Shown piece after piece: positions 6,957-16,293 of a stretch of 31,297 nt of DNA. Numbering within the stretch: position 1 is the first letter of the stretch; the number at the start of each line of letters is the position of its first letter. The notes below the pieces were generated by a model that was given only the letters and a program-made list of their open reading frames with translations, was not told the origin of the DNA and searched no databases. The DNA comes from a virus. Its lineage: Duplodnaviria > Caudoviricetes. The translations under genes and the position numbers were made by a program. Location of the stretch: positions 1 to 31,297 of the IMG/VR virus record IMGVR_UViG_3300049781_000033; one strand, 5' to 3'.

Positions 6957-7853
6957 TCAGCCTTCCTTCAGCGCGTCGCCGAGCTGGGCAAGGGCGGACT
7001 GCGCCCCGGCCTCGGCTGCGGCCCGGATCTCGGCGGCGTCCAGCCCGCCGCCCTCGGCGAGCTTGCCGACGGTCGAGGTGAGGGCGCCGACCTGCGCCGT
7101 CAGCGTTTTCACTGCGGCGCGGGTGCTCCGCAGGTACTCGTAGGCGTCCGTGGTTTCCTTGCCGCCGCCGTCCGCCGCGCGCCTGGTCTTGCCCTTGTAG
7201 GCCCAGACGTCGATCGGGTCCATGCCGTCCTCCTGCTCCTTCGGGGGGTTGGGGTTGGTCTTGCCTTCGAGGCGGTCGTGGACCCGGGCGCGCATCGACG
7301 CCATGGTGAAGCCGCGCGGGTCGACCTTCCCCGGCTGCCACTCCAGGTGGCCGATCACCGAGCGCTCGCTCCAGCCGTGATGCCGGCAGATCGCGGCGGC
7401 GGTCTTCTCGATCGCCTCCAGCTGCGCGGCGGGCCACGGGTCCTCGCCGTCGCCGAGGTTCTCGCACTCGAAGCCGTAGAAGTGCCGGTTGCCGTCGGTG
7501 TCCGCCTCGTTGTCGGCGGGCAGCGCACGCTCGTCGATGACGGCCTGGAGCACGTCGCCGTCGCCGAGGCCGGCGTGGTTGGCGCGGCCGTACCCGACGA
7601 GGTAGATCGTGCCGTCCTTGGCGATGACGCCGTGGCAGAGCGGGCCGGGCAGGGTGCTGTGTCCGGCGCGGCAGATCTCCACCGTGCGGGCGGTGCCCTT
7701 GGTCACGGTGTGGTGGATCATCACGCCGTTGACCGGGCCCCACGGGCCCTTGTGGTTGCGGTTGTGGTTGCGCCAGTCACCGACCTCGACGACTTTCAGG
7801 CCCTCGGCGCGGAGCGCGTCGAGGAACGTGGCTGGGGTCATGGGTGTGGCCAT
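6957..7853 (-). CDS. Endolysin, N-acetylmuramoyl-L-alanine amidase (Amidase_2 type)
   Basis: VMIHHT, ANHAG, YGFECEN, VIGHLEW, KVDP zinc-amidase motifs; upstream of the holin. Confidence 0.92.
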   Translation of the reverse strand: MATPMTPATFLDALRAEGLKVVEVGDWRNHNRNHKGPWGPVNGVMIHHTVTKGTARTVEICRAGHSTLPGPLCHGVIAKDGTIYLVGYGRANHAGLGDGDVLQAVIDERALPADNEADTDGNRHFYGFECENLGDGEDPWPAAQLEAIEKTAAAICRHHGWSERSVIGHLEWQPGKVDPRGFTMASMRARVHDRLEGKTNPNPPKEQEDGMDPIDVWAYKGKTRRAADGGGKETTDAYEYLRSTRAAVKTLTAQVGALTSTVGKLAEGGGLDAAEIRAAAEAGAQSALAQLGDALKEG

Positions 7854-7856
7854 GGT

Positions 7857-8102
7857 CTACGCCTCCTGCTCGGGTGCCGGGACGGGCGCGGGTACGGGAC
7901 TGGAGTTCACGCGGACCAGCTCCGCCGTGACCAGCGTCGACCCCGCCCTCTCCAACGCAGCCGCGACCGCGCGGGCCACGTCGTCCGCGTCCGGCAGGTC
8001 CGGCAGCCCGCCGGCCGACCCGCGCTCCAGCCGCAGCTCGATGTCCCAGCCCAGCTCGCCAGGGGCCTGGGAGTGGATGTAGTACCTCGGGTAGTCCTGC
8101 AT
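7857..8102 (-). CDS. 81-aa hypothetical protein
   Basis: ATG with SD GGGAG; tiles between the minor tail gene and the endolysin. Confidence 0.7.
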   Translation of the reverse strand: MQDYPRYYIHSQAPGELGWDIELRLERGSAGGLPDLPDADDVARAVAAALERAGSTLVTAELVRVNSSPVPAPVPAPEQEA

Positions 8103-8115
8103 GTGGTCTCCCCTG

Positions 8116-8631
8116 TCAGCCGATTCTCTTCGCGCGGCCGTACGAGCCCGCGCAGACCTGGGCGCCCGTCAGGCCGGAGGTGTTCTGCGCCCACTGGAAC
8201 GCGCAGAGCCCGGCGGCGGTCGTCTCCACGTGCCCTGTTTCGATCAACATGGACTGGTTGGTCGCGTTCGAGCGGGTGCCGTACGTGCACGTCGTGCCGA
8301 ACGCGTGGATTCCGAAACGCCCGTCACCGGACGGGTCGGAGGTGGCCACTCCGGAGGCGACACCCCACGCCGAGCGGAGGCCGGTCGCCGCGGACGGCAC
8401 GGTCCACGCGGTTTTGATGGCCTCCGCGCCGGGGGCCGCGTAGTGCACGAACCACTCGACGTAGTAGACCGCGTTGGCCTCCAGGTCGATCTGGAGGTCG
8501 GGGTCGTCCGTGACGGTTGTCGTCGCGGTGCGCAGCGTGTTGGAGCGTTTGTACGCCTCCAGCGGCAGCATCGAGGACAGGAGTCCCGAGGTCAGCCGTC
8601 GCCCCGCGTAGGGCACTGGGTACTGCGACAA
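8116..8631 (-). CDS. Minor tail protein (171 aa, beta-rich)
   Basis: TTG start with SD AGGAGG; N-terminal AGRRLT--LL motif of actinophage small tail-fibre proteins; follows the large tail-tip gene. Confidence 0.72.
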   Translation of the reverse strand: MSQYPVPYAGRRLTSGLLSSMLPLEAYKRSNTLRTATTTVTDDPDLQIDLEANAVYYVEWFVHYAAPGAEAIKTAWTVPSAATGLRSAWGVASGVATSDPSGDGRFGIHAFGTTCTYGTRSNATNQSMLIETGHVETTAAGLCAFQWAQNTSGLTGAQVCAGSYGRAKRIG

Positions 8632-8641
8632 GGGATGCCTC

Positions 8642-11600
8642 CTACAGGGGGATGACGGCGGGGTGGGCGAGTGCGACGCTGGTGCCCGCTGTGTGGGTTT
8701 TGGTGACGCCGTTGACGTGGCGGGTGACGGTGTACGTCTGCGGGCCGATCACGTCGAGGTCGTCGTAGCGGATCTCCGGGGACACGTTCGTGTTGCCCGT
8801 TGCGGGGATCGATCGCAGGCCGAGGAACGCGCACGTGGTGATCGACGTGTCGTCGGCTGTCACCTGCCATCCGGCTGGTTCGAACCCGGAGGCGGGCCAG
8901 GCTTTCGCGCGAAGGGTGCTGCCTGTCACCTGGAACCGCATCCGGATGTAGGTGCCTGCGGTGTAGGTGCCGTTCAGGGTGACCGTGGCCAGCTCGGTTT
9001 CCACCGCGGCGACGCGTTTCCGCAGGGTCAGCGTCATCGTGCCGCCCACGTTGAACGCCAACCTCGCGGTGTAGAGGTTGTCGACGTCGAGGCAGCGGCC
9101 GGTGATGCCGCCGGTCAGGAACCCGCCGGTCGCCGCCGCGCTCGGGGTGAGGCTGACGTAGGCGTCGAAGTCCGCGTAGGTGTAGGGGACGAGGGTGCGG
9201 CGGGACGTGGTGGTGGAGGTGAGGCGGTGCGCACCGTAGCCGCCGGTGACGTTGTAGTCCGCCGCCGTGCCGCCGCTGGTCTGCCACGCCTGGCCCGTGT
9301 ACGCCGACCCCCACGACGAGGCGGTGGTCCGGACGAACGCGTCGCTGAGCCACGACGACGAGACGCGGGTAACGCGCAGCGCCCACACGTAGAAGGTGTC
9401 CGCCGCCGTGGGAGTGTTGTCGGCGCGCGCGGTCATACGGACACGGCTCGCAGACGCTGGTGCTGTGACCGTGGCCGCCCTGAACGTCCACTGTCCAGCA
9501 GGCACCGCCGCGCTGACGCCAGCCGACGACAGGACGGCGCCGGCCGCATCGCACCACTGCGCGCTCGGGTAGAGCGCAGACCAGCCGGACGGGCTGTAGA
9601 ACCAGCCAGAGACGATGTACTGCTGCCCGGGGACGATGCTGCCGACTGCGGTCAGGTCTGACCGAGCGGTGATGGCCGACGCCCCTCCGGCGGGGGTGAC
9701 CAGCATGGAGCCCACGGCGTTCGGGTGCGGACAGACCTGGGCTGTCGAGTGGGCGACAGCGGCACTGGCTCCCGACCAGCCGGTCACGTCGGTGTCGAAG
9801 AACGGGTTGGTGTTGAGGAGCGCGCCGGGGGCGGTGACGGTCATGACCTCGCCGCCCACCCGCCAGTCGAACGGGGTGTCGGCGACGTCCGGTGTCCACC
9901 GGTACCCGGACGTGGTGAGCACGTCCACGGTCGTCTCGGTCTCATCGAGGGCCTCGGCAAGCTCGGAGCCGTCCGTGTCCAGCCACGCGAACTCGACCGG
10001 CGCCGTGGCCGTCGACGCGCTGCCGGTCCACGCGACGTCGAAGGGCCTGGCCGGCGTGCAGTTGTAGGTGATCTCCCACACGAACTGGTCGAGGGTCTCG
10101 GAGTAGCCCTGCACGAGGAGGTCAAGGGTGTCCGGGGGCAGCCACACCGGCGGGTTCGTCACCTGGATGCGGGACCCGGTGTCGACGGCCGCCGCGTCCT
10201 CGATCATGTGCGGGGCCGCCGCCAGATTCACCGTGACCCGCGGGAAGCGGGTCTCGTCCCAGGTGCCGAGGTGGAGGCGCCACCCGGCGTGCTCGACCGG
10301 CTGGTCGTCGTCCAGCAGGTTCAGCGTCGCCGCGGTGTCGTACAGGCCGATCCCGTCCGGCGGCGGCAGGGTCGACAGCGGGCCCGTGTCCTGCGTCAGC
10401 CGTGCCGACGAGCCGCTGGTGCGTGCGACGGTCACGTCGTTGGTGACCGCCTGGTCGTCGTCGACCGGCTCCAGCGGCGTGACCAGCCCGTCCCCGCCCG
10501 TGTAGTCCAGGACCATCGTGGGCGGCTGGTTGTACATGCTGGCCCGGGTCACGTACCGGATGCCGAGAATGGACCGCTGCTCGGCGAGGATCCCCTCGTC
10601 CACCTCCCCGGCCGCGCGCATCACGTCGAGCGCGGTGCCGGATGGCTGTGGCCCGCACTGCTCGTCTCCGGGCCCGGTGGCGTAGGAGTGGATGTTCTCC
10701 TCCGCACCAAGCCGCGATACCCGCGACGGCCCCTCCTCGCCGTTCCAGCCGACCAGCGTTCCGGCCGACGCGTTGAAGGCGGTCGTGCCCCGCCCGATCG
10801 CCAAGTGGCCGAGGGCGGCCCCGTTCATGCCCGCGTCCTCGCCCATGCGGACCTGGGTGATGATGCCGGGCTGGTAGCCGACGACCGTGTTCGTGATCTC
10901 GGAGACGGAGGAGATGTTGTCGGGTACGGAGGTGGGCAGGGAGCGGGCGATGTCGACGATGAGGAGGTCGTAGAAGGAGTCGCCGAGGTCCTGAACGACT
11001 TCCATGACGAGGTAGACCTCGCGGCCGTTGATGGCCTGGGATCCGTAGCCGCTGTCGTGGATCTGCGTGCCGGTCTCGTCGTAGACGCGTACGGCGACCT
11101 GCCCAGAGGTGTTGACCCAGATCGACCAGACGTCGGCGGTCGCGGTCGTCGACCACGACACGATCCGCTGCGGCGACACCGTGCCCGCCTCAGGGATCCG
11201 GCAGAACAGGCCGACCTGGGAGGCGTTCCCGGTGCGCGTGTACGCGGGCACCGTCACCCGCATGCTGCCGCTCGTCAGCGTGGGCATCGGCCCGGACGCC
11301 ACCCAGCCGTCGTAGGCGGCGAGGGTCACGCCTGCGGTGTACGTCATCGGCGGGTGCCCGGATACGGCCGAGCCGAGTTTCGTGGCGTCGGTGCCGTCCT
11401 CCATCGGCCAGTACGCGTGGATCCCGGTCTCTACCCGGCCCGGGCTGGTGAACTCCCGGAACATGGGGCTCTTGGTGGGGATGCTGCCGACGCCGAGCCT
11501 GCGCAGCACGCCCGCGGCCTCGACCTGCTGGGCGACGTCCTTGCCGCCGGTGTCCCACTTCGGTGTCCAGGAGGCGACCTCGCCGACGAACCGCACCTTG

Positions 11601-12532
11601 CGGTTGGTGATCTCTGCCTGGCCGCCGATCGTCCAGGTGCGGCCCGCACTGTCCGCGAACGAGGTGGTACCGATCGCCTGCGTGGTGAAGTCCGGCGCCG
11701 CGACGGGGGTGCCGTCGATCCCGGAGCGGACCTCCGCCGCGTGGAGTCTGCCGATGGGCCAGGAGTTGTCGAGCCACTTCGCGTCGCCGATCCGTAGCGG
11801 GGCAGTGCCCGCGTAGATGCTGGTGCTGCCGCTCCCGGTGATCGTGTTGCCGAGCTGTGTCCACGGGCCCGCCATGGTGGGCGCGGTGTAGAAGGTGACG
11901 GTGTGGCCGCCCGTGTTGTTGTTGACGTCGATCGTCACACGGACCGCGATCCGCCCGGACGTGGTCAGCGGCAGATCGGCGGTGGCCAGCGCCCCGTTGG
12001 TCATGAAGCTGCCGTTGTTGGACCACTCCAGGTAGGGGCGGCTACGGCGCGTCGACAGCACCCACGACCGGTTCGCGGAGTCGTCCTTGCCGATGAGGTT
12101 GGTCTGCGGGTAGACCGTCTCCCCCGTGCTGGGGTAGTCGGGCAGGCACCAGTTCACGAGGGTCGCGTCGACGCGGATGTCGATGTCGCCGGTGATGTCC
12201 AGGGCGGCCACGTCGGGGGTGGACGCGGCGTCACCCGCACCGCCGGGCAGGCTCAACGCCACCGACCCCATGTTCACGCTGACACGGACGGGGGTGTTCC
12301 GGCCGATCTGCCCGAAGTACGGCGACCGCGGATTCTGCGGCGAGTACTTCCCGTCCAGGTTCTTCAGCGAGAACGAGCAGCGGCCCGGGTCGGTCTGCCG
12401 TCCCCAGTCCGACCGCCCGCGCGTGATGCGGATCCGATCCTCGTAGCGGACGTCGTCCGTCACGTCCGTCCACGTGCTGCCGTCCAGCGACAGGTCTACC
12501 TGTACCGGCAGCAGGTCATCTGGATACGCCAT
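8642..12532 (-). CDS. Large tail-tip/hub protein with LamG/ConA-like and carbohydrate-binding-like inserts (1296 aa)
   Basis: Directly after tape measure (TGATG overlap). WTDVTDDV...ITRGR hub-type N-terminus; AYWPMEDG LamG-like start; LLNTNPFFDTDVTGW...AGQWT CBM-like segment. Confidence 0.85.
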   Translation of the reverse strand: MAYPDDLLPVQVDLSLDGSTWTDVTDDVRYEDRIRITRGRSDWGRQTDPGRCSFSLKNLDGKYSPQNPRSPYFGQIGRNTPVRVSVNMGSVALSLPGGAGDAASTPDVAALDITGDIDIRVDATLVNWCLPDYPSTGETVYPQTNLIGKDDSANRSWVLSTRRSRPYLEWSNNGSFMTNGALATADLPLTTSGRIAVRVTIDVNNNTGGHTVTFYTAPTMAGPWTQLGNTITGSGSTSIYAGTAPLRIGDAKWLDNSWPIGRLHAAEVRSGIDGTPVAAPDFTTQAIGTTSFADSAGRTWTIGGQAEITNRKVRFVGEVASWTPKWDTGGKDVAQQVEAAGVLRRLGVGSIPTKSPMFREFTSPGRVETGIHAYWPMEDGTDATKLGSAVSGHPPMTYTAGVTLAAYDGWVASGPMPTLTSGSMRVTVPAYTRTGNASQVGLFCRIPEAGTVSPQRIVSWSTTATADVWSIWVNTSGQVAVRVYDETGTQIHDSGYGSQAINGREVYLVMEVVQDLGDSFYDLLIVDIARSLPTSVPDNISSVSEITNTVVGYQPGIITQVRMGEDAGMNGAALGHLAIGRGTTAFNASAGTLVGWNGEEGPSRVSRLGAEENIHSYATGPGDEQCGPQPSGTALDVMRAAGEVDEGILAEQRSILGIRYVTRASMYNQPPTMVLDYTGGDGLVTPLEPVDDDQAVTNDVTVARTSGSSARLTQDTGPLSTLPPPDGIGLYDTAATLNLLDDDQPVEHAGWRLHLGTWDETRFPRVTVNLAAAPHMIEDAAAVDTGSRIQVTNPPVWLPPDTLDLLVQGYSETLDQFVWEITYNCTPARPFDVAWTGSASTATAPVEFAWLDTDGSELAEALDETETTVDVLTTSGYRWTPDVADTPFDWRVGGEVMTVTAPGALLNTNPFFDTDVTGWSGASAAVAHSTAQVCPHPNAVGSMLVTPAGGASAITARSDLTAVGSIVPGQQYIVSGWFYSPSGWSALYPSAQWCDAAGAVLSSAGVSAAVPAGQWTFRAATVTAPASASRVRMTARADNTPTAADTFYVWALRVTRVSSSWLSDAFVRTTASSWGSAYTGQAWQTSGGTAADYNVTGGYGAHRLTSTTTSRRTLVPYTYADFDAYVSLTPSAAATGGFLTGGITGRCLDVDNLYTARLAFNVGGTMTLTLRKRVAAVETELATVTLNGTYTAGTYIRMRFQVTGSTLRAKAWPASGFEPAGWQVTADDTSITTCAFLGLRSIPATGNTNVSPEIRYDDLDVIGPQTYTVTRHVNGVTKTHTAGTSVALAHPAVIPL

Positions 12533-15500
12533 CAGCTGGCCCCCTGTCCGAGAGTGCGTTGCACGCTTCCGCCACGGTTCGCGATCTCCTTACGGAGGGG
12601 GTCGAAGATCTGCTGGGCGACGACGCGCCCATCCAGGGTGATCGTCTGGTGCACGATCACCGGCTGCACCACTGCGCCCCCGGCTGCGGCCGCGCCGGCG
12701 CCGCGCTGGGGGGTGTTGAGCATCGACGCCCACGCCTGCTGCCGCATCCGCCGCGTGTCCGGCCCGGAGTACACGCGCGACCCGAACGGGAGCCTCACGA
12801 GTTCGGGCTCGTGCTCGCCGACCATGGTCCAGGAGCCGCGCGCACCCCCAGTCGCGGCCGAGCCGCCGATGATGCCGCCCGTGGCCTTCATGCCGAAGCC
12901 CTTTTCGATGGCCTTCTCCATCGCGGCGGCCAGCTTGTCCATCTTCGTGCCGAGCGTGGTCACGCTGGACTGCAAAGCCTTGACGTACTGCTCCTGGCCC
13001 TTGATCTGCGAGCCGTACACGGAGTCCGAGGTGATGCTTCCGGCCAGGCCCGCCTGCATGAGGATCTGCTTCTGCATCAGGTTCATCATCGCGATGTCCT
13101 TCTGCGACGCCTTCAGGAGCGCGCTGGCGGTCTCCAGGCCGCCGCCTTCGATGCCCGCCTCGGCGATCTGCTGGAGCAGTGCCGAGTTCACGTTCTTGTC
13201 CTTCAGCTGCTTGAGCGCGGACGCGAACGCGCTGGTCTTGTCGCGGCTCCCGATGAGCCCGGACATGATGGACTGGAGGGTGACGGGTCCGTCTTGCCGT
13301 CCCTTCGTGATGGCCGCGCTGTTGAGGATCCCGGACTTCACCGACTCCGCCAGCTGGGAGGCGGCCTGCTTCAGGCTGTCGAGCTTGTCTCGCGCCTTCT
13401 CCAGCGACGCCGTGGTCTTCGTGAGCTGCCGCTCGTAGGTCATGAGCTTCTTGCCGGTGGAGTCCAGCTGCTTCAGGAGCCGCGACTCGGTCTTCCCGCT
13501 GGTCGCCTTCTGGATGATCGACCGCCACGAGTTCAGCGCCGACACCAGCGAGGAGATGCTGTCTGGGTTGCCGAGCGCGTTCCCGAACTCGCTGGTCCGC
13601 CAGCCTGCCATCCACCCGAAGTGCGACAGGGTCAGGTCGCTGCGCGCTCCGCTGCGGGCCTCGGCCTGCGCCTTCGCCTGCTTCTGGGCCTTCGTCTGGC
13701 CGCCCTTGGCCAGCTTCAGCGTGCCCCTGTTCAGGGCGTCGAGGAGCGGCAGCCCGTACTTCTTGACCGCGGACGACTGGACGACGTACTCGGTGTCCGA
13801 CACCATCGCGGTCGCACCCGACCCGAACGTGGCGAGGATGCTGTCGGAGCGTGGCCCGCCGGGGCCCTCGACGAGGCCGCCGCTGGGGAAGTGCTGCAAG
13901 GGTCCGCCGTCAGCCCGGCGCTGCACTGGCCCGCCGAACGCACGGAACGGCTTCGCCATCCCACTGTCGATCTGCCGGGAGTACACGTTGATGTACGCGC
14001 TGGCCACGACCCGCCCAGCGATCCCACCGATGACGGACCTGAAGGGGCTGGTGTTGCCGTCGATCGGGACGCTCTTCCTCGCGAACCGGGTGCCGCGGAC
14101 GCGGGCGGCGTCACCGAAGAACGGGCGCGGGTCGGCGGCCAGGGTGGCGTCCGCCTTCTTCCGGTCGAACGCGTCCAGCTCTGCCCGCGCGGCAGCGACC
14201 TGCCGTTCCGCCTCGCGCTTGTCCGCCGACAGCTGCGCTTTACGTTCCTTCGTCAGCGCCGGGTCTTGCAGCTTCTCCTTGATCGAAGCGAGGTTCTGTT
14301 CCGCCTCGGACACGTTCATCGTGAGCTTCGAGCGGTTCAGGCGCGGGATCGCCTCGTCGACGAACGCGCTGATCCCGCTGCCCGCCCTGTCCATGCCAGA
14401 GCGGACACCCTCAGCGAACTTATCGAACTTGGTGTTCATGCCCTCGAACTGGTCGCCGATGATCGGCAGGTCGCCGAATGCGGTCGCCAGCCCGGAGACG
14501 ATGGCGTCGATGCCGGTGAGGATGCCCTCCGTGACCAGCCGGAACGCGCCCCAGAGTTGGGGCAGCATGCTGATGCCGACGGTGACCATCGTGGTGATCC
14601 CGTCGGCGACCGAGTAGAAGGCGCCCCGGATCCGGCCTTCGTTCTCGCTCACCCAGTCGGACAGCTTGGTGAACCCGCCAGCCATGTCGGACAGGCCGCT
14701 GGTGTCGATGCCCATCACGGACAGCAGGGCGCCGAAGAGGGCGCCGCCGAGGGATTCCGCGAGGGTGCCTGCGACCTCGGCGCCGATCATCATCACGTCG
14801 TTCGTGGCGGTCAGGGCGTCGGCGGCGATCCGGGCGATGGGCTCCAGCCCGGTCATCGCGCCTTCGAAGATCTCGGAGAAGCCGAGGAGGGCGTCGCCCG
14901 CTGCGGAGAGGCCTGCGCCGATCAGCGGTCCGAACGCCTCAGCGAACGATCCGGCGATCTTGCCGAGGGCGGGTAGCAGTCCACCGTTCAGGAAGTCCGC
15001 GAAACCGCTGAGCATGTCGGAGGCGCCGCCGATGCCCTGCTCCAGGCCCTCGAACATCCCCGGCAGGCCCGTGTCCAGGAACCCGCCGAGCAGCTCCTCC
15101 CACGCGTCCAGCGCGGGCTTCGACTTGGTGCCGAACTCCAGGAACGCCTGCGTGAACGTGCCCACCGACTCGGCGAGCTGCTCGACGAAGACGACACCCA
15201 TCTGCGCGTTCCGCTGGAACGCCGACTGGAACGCGTCCGACGCCGCGAACTTCGACGCCCGCTCCGCGATCGTCCCGAACGTCTCCGCACCCAGCACCAG
15301 CGACGGCTGCAGGTCCGCCATCGCCGACTTCAGCGACTTCACCGCGCGCTCGGTGTGCGGGGCGACCGCCTTCTCCGCGGCCTTCTTCCAGTCCTCGAAG
15401 GCGGGCTTGAGTTCCTTCGCCTTCGTCTTCAAGTCGTCCATGGCCAGCGCCGCGCCACCGCCGACGACGGCCAGGCCGGACAGCATCGGGGCGAGCGCTC

Positions 15501-15759
15501 CGATCGTCGGGAGCAAGGTTGCGCCGGCCGCTACACCCACGCCGATCATCTGCGCGCGGAGCCCGCCCCCGCCACCGAACGCCGACCCCGCGTTCGTTGC
15601 CGACGACGCCACGTCGTCGAGGGTCCCGCCGACGATCCGCAGTGTCCCGCCGACAGCGTTCGCCTGCCGCTGCAACTGGTTGATGTTCCGGGTGACGGAG
15701 TTGACGCCTGGGCCCGACAGGTCCCGGACGTGCACGGTGATCGTGACGTCGTCAGCCAT
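12532..15759 (-). CDS. Tape measure protein (~1075 aa)
   Basis: Long Ala/Gly-rich helical protein after the tail chaperone; A-GG...GPG-PRSDSI...EYVV and ATGG..VGE-EPELV motifs. Start 15759 (MADDVTITV) has an SD. Confidence 0.92.
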   Translation of the reverse strand: MADDVTITVHVRDLSGPGVNSVTRNINQLQRQANAVGGTLRIVGGTLDDVASSATNAGSAFGGGGGLRAQMIGVGVAAGATLLPTIGALAPMLSGLAVVGGGAALAMDDLKTKAKELKPAFEDWKKAAEKAVAPHTERAVKSLKSAMADLQPSLVLGAETFGTIAERASKFAASDAFQSAFQRNAQMGVVFVEQLAESVGTFTQAFLEFGTKSKPALDAWEELLGGFLDTGLPGMFEGLEQGIGGASDMLSGFADFLNGGLLPALGKIAGSFAEAFGPLIGAGLSAAGDALLGFSEIFEGAMTGLEPIARIAADALTATNDVMMIGAEVAGTLAESLGGALFGALLSVMGIDTSGLSDMAGGFTKLSDWVSENEGRIRGAFYSVADGITTMVTVGISMLPQLWGAFRLVTEGILTGIDAIVSGLATAFGDLPIIGDQFEGMNTKFDKFAEGVRSGMDRAGSGISAFVDEAIPRLNRSKLTMNVSEAEQNLASIKEKLQDPALTKERKAQLSADKREAERQVAAARAELDAFDRKKADATLAADPRPFFGDAARVRGTRFARKSVPIDGNTSPFRSVIGGIAGRVVASAYINVYSRQIDSGMAKPFRAFGGPVQRRADGGPLQHFPSGGLVEGPGGPRSDSILATFGSGATAMVSDTEYVVQSSAVKKYGLPLLDALNRGTLKLAKGGQTKAQKQAKAQAEARSGARSDLTLSHFGWMAGWRTSEFGNALGNPDSISSLVSALNSWRSIIQKATSGKTESRLLKQLDSTGKKLMTYERQLTKTTASLEKARDKLDSLKQAASQLAESVKSGILNSAAITKGRQDGPVTLQSIMSGLIGSRDKTSAFASALKQLKDKNVNSALLQQIAEAGIEGGGLETASALLKASQKDIAMMNLMQKQILMQAGLAGSITSDSVYGSQIKGQEQYVKALQSSVTTLGTKMDKLAAAMEKAIEKGFGMKATGGIIGGSAATGGARGSWTMVGEHEPELVRLPFGSRVYSGPDTRRMRQQAWASMLNTPQRGAGAAAAGGAVVQPVIVHQTITLDGRVVAQQIFDPLRKEIANRGGSVQRTLGQGAS

Positions 15760-16284
15760 CAGGCTCCCCTCCCTCCGGAGTACCAAGCTGCTCGATCATG
15801 AGCAGGCGCAGCAGGTCGGCCGGCTCGTCCAACAGGGCGGACGGCAGGCAGTGAAATTCGCGGCAGAGCCGCAGGATCAGGCGGGCATTGCGGAGTTCGT
15901 CGGGCTCTCGGACAGGGGTGCCATCGGGATGGACGCCTCCGGGGACGGCTCGCCAGAGGGCGAGCCGTTCGGCAAAGGGCCGGACACTCCGGAGGCCGCG
16001 GCCTGGCCCGCGTCGAGGATGGCCATCACCATCGCGCCGTCCTGGGTGCACACGCCTTCGAACGTGCACGGCACCGGGGCGCCCGTCTCGTCCTCGACGT
16101 TCCACGAGACGAGGAGACTGGTGAGCAGGGTGAACACGTCCTGCCCGGTTCCCTCCTGGCTGCGGAGCCTGCCGAACTCCAGTTCTTCGCCGACGGTGGG
16201 GCCGCGCATGCTGGCTTCGAGGCCTTCCCAGTCGGTGCCGGTGAAGTCCAACTTGTAGATCTTCCGCTTCGGTCGGTATCCCAT
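15752..16284 (-). CDS. -1 frameshifted tail chaperone (gpGT-like, ~177 aa)
   Basis: C CCT TTG heptamer at 15979-15973 shifts into the frame PFAERLALWR...LCREFHCLPSALLDEPADLLRLLMIE, which ends overlapping the TMP start. Confidence 0.82.
15877..16284 (-). CDS. Tail assembly chaperone (gpG-like, 135 aa)
   Basis: Lies between tail tube and tape measure; LLVSWNVEDE-G-PVP-T motif; contains a slippery site. Confidence 0.85.
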   Translation of the reverse strand: MGYRPKRKIYKLDFTGTDWEGLEASMRGPTVGEELEFGRLRSQEGTGQDVFTLLTSLLVSWNVEDETGAPVPCTFEGVCTQDGAMVMAILDAGQAAASGVSGPLPNGSPSGEPSPEASIPMAPLSESPTNSAMPA

Positions 16285-16293
16285 GCCGCGCCC

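Noticed and set aside
8642-9980. Possible diversity-generating retroelement target in the tail-tip gene
   Set aside because: No reverse transcriptase and no near-identical template/variable repeat pair was seen in the window.
12532-15759. Peptidoglycan hydrolase domain in the tape measure protein
   Set aside because: No transglycosylase, M23 or NlpC/P60 motif was recognised by eye.
9725-16258. Long plus-strand ORFs (9725..11797, 12559..14976, 14666..16258 and others)
   Set aside because: Antisense shadows of high-GC tail genes; no motifs; stop-poor frames are expected at this GC content.
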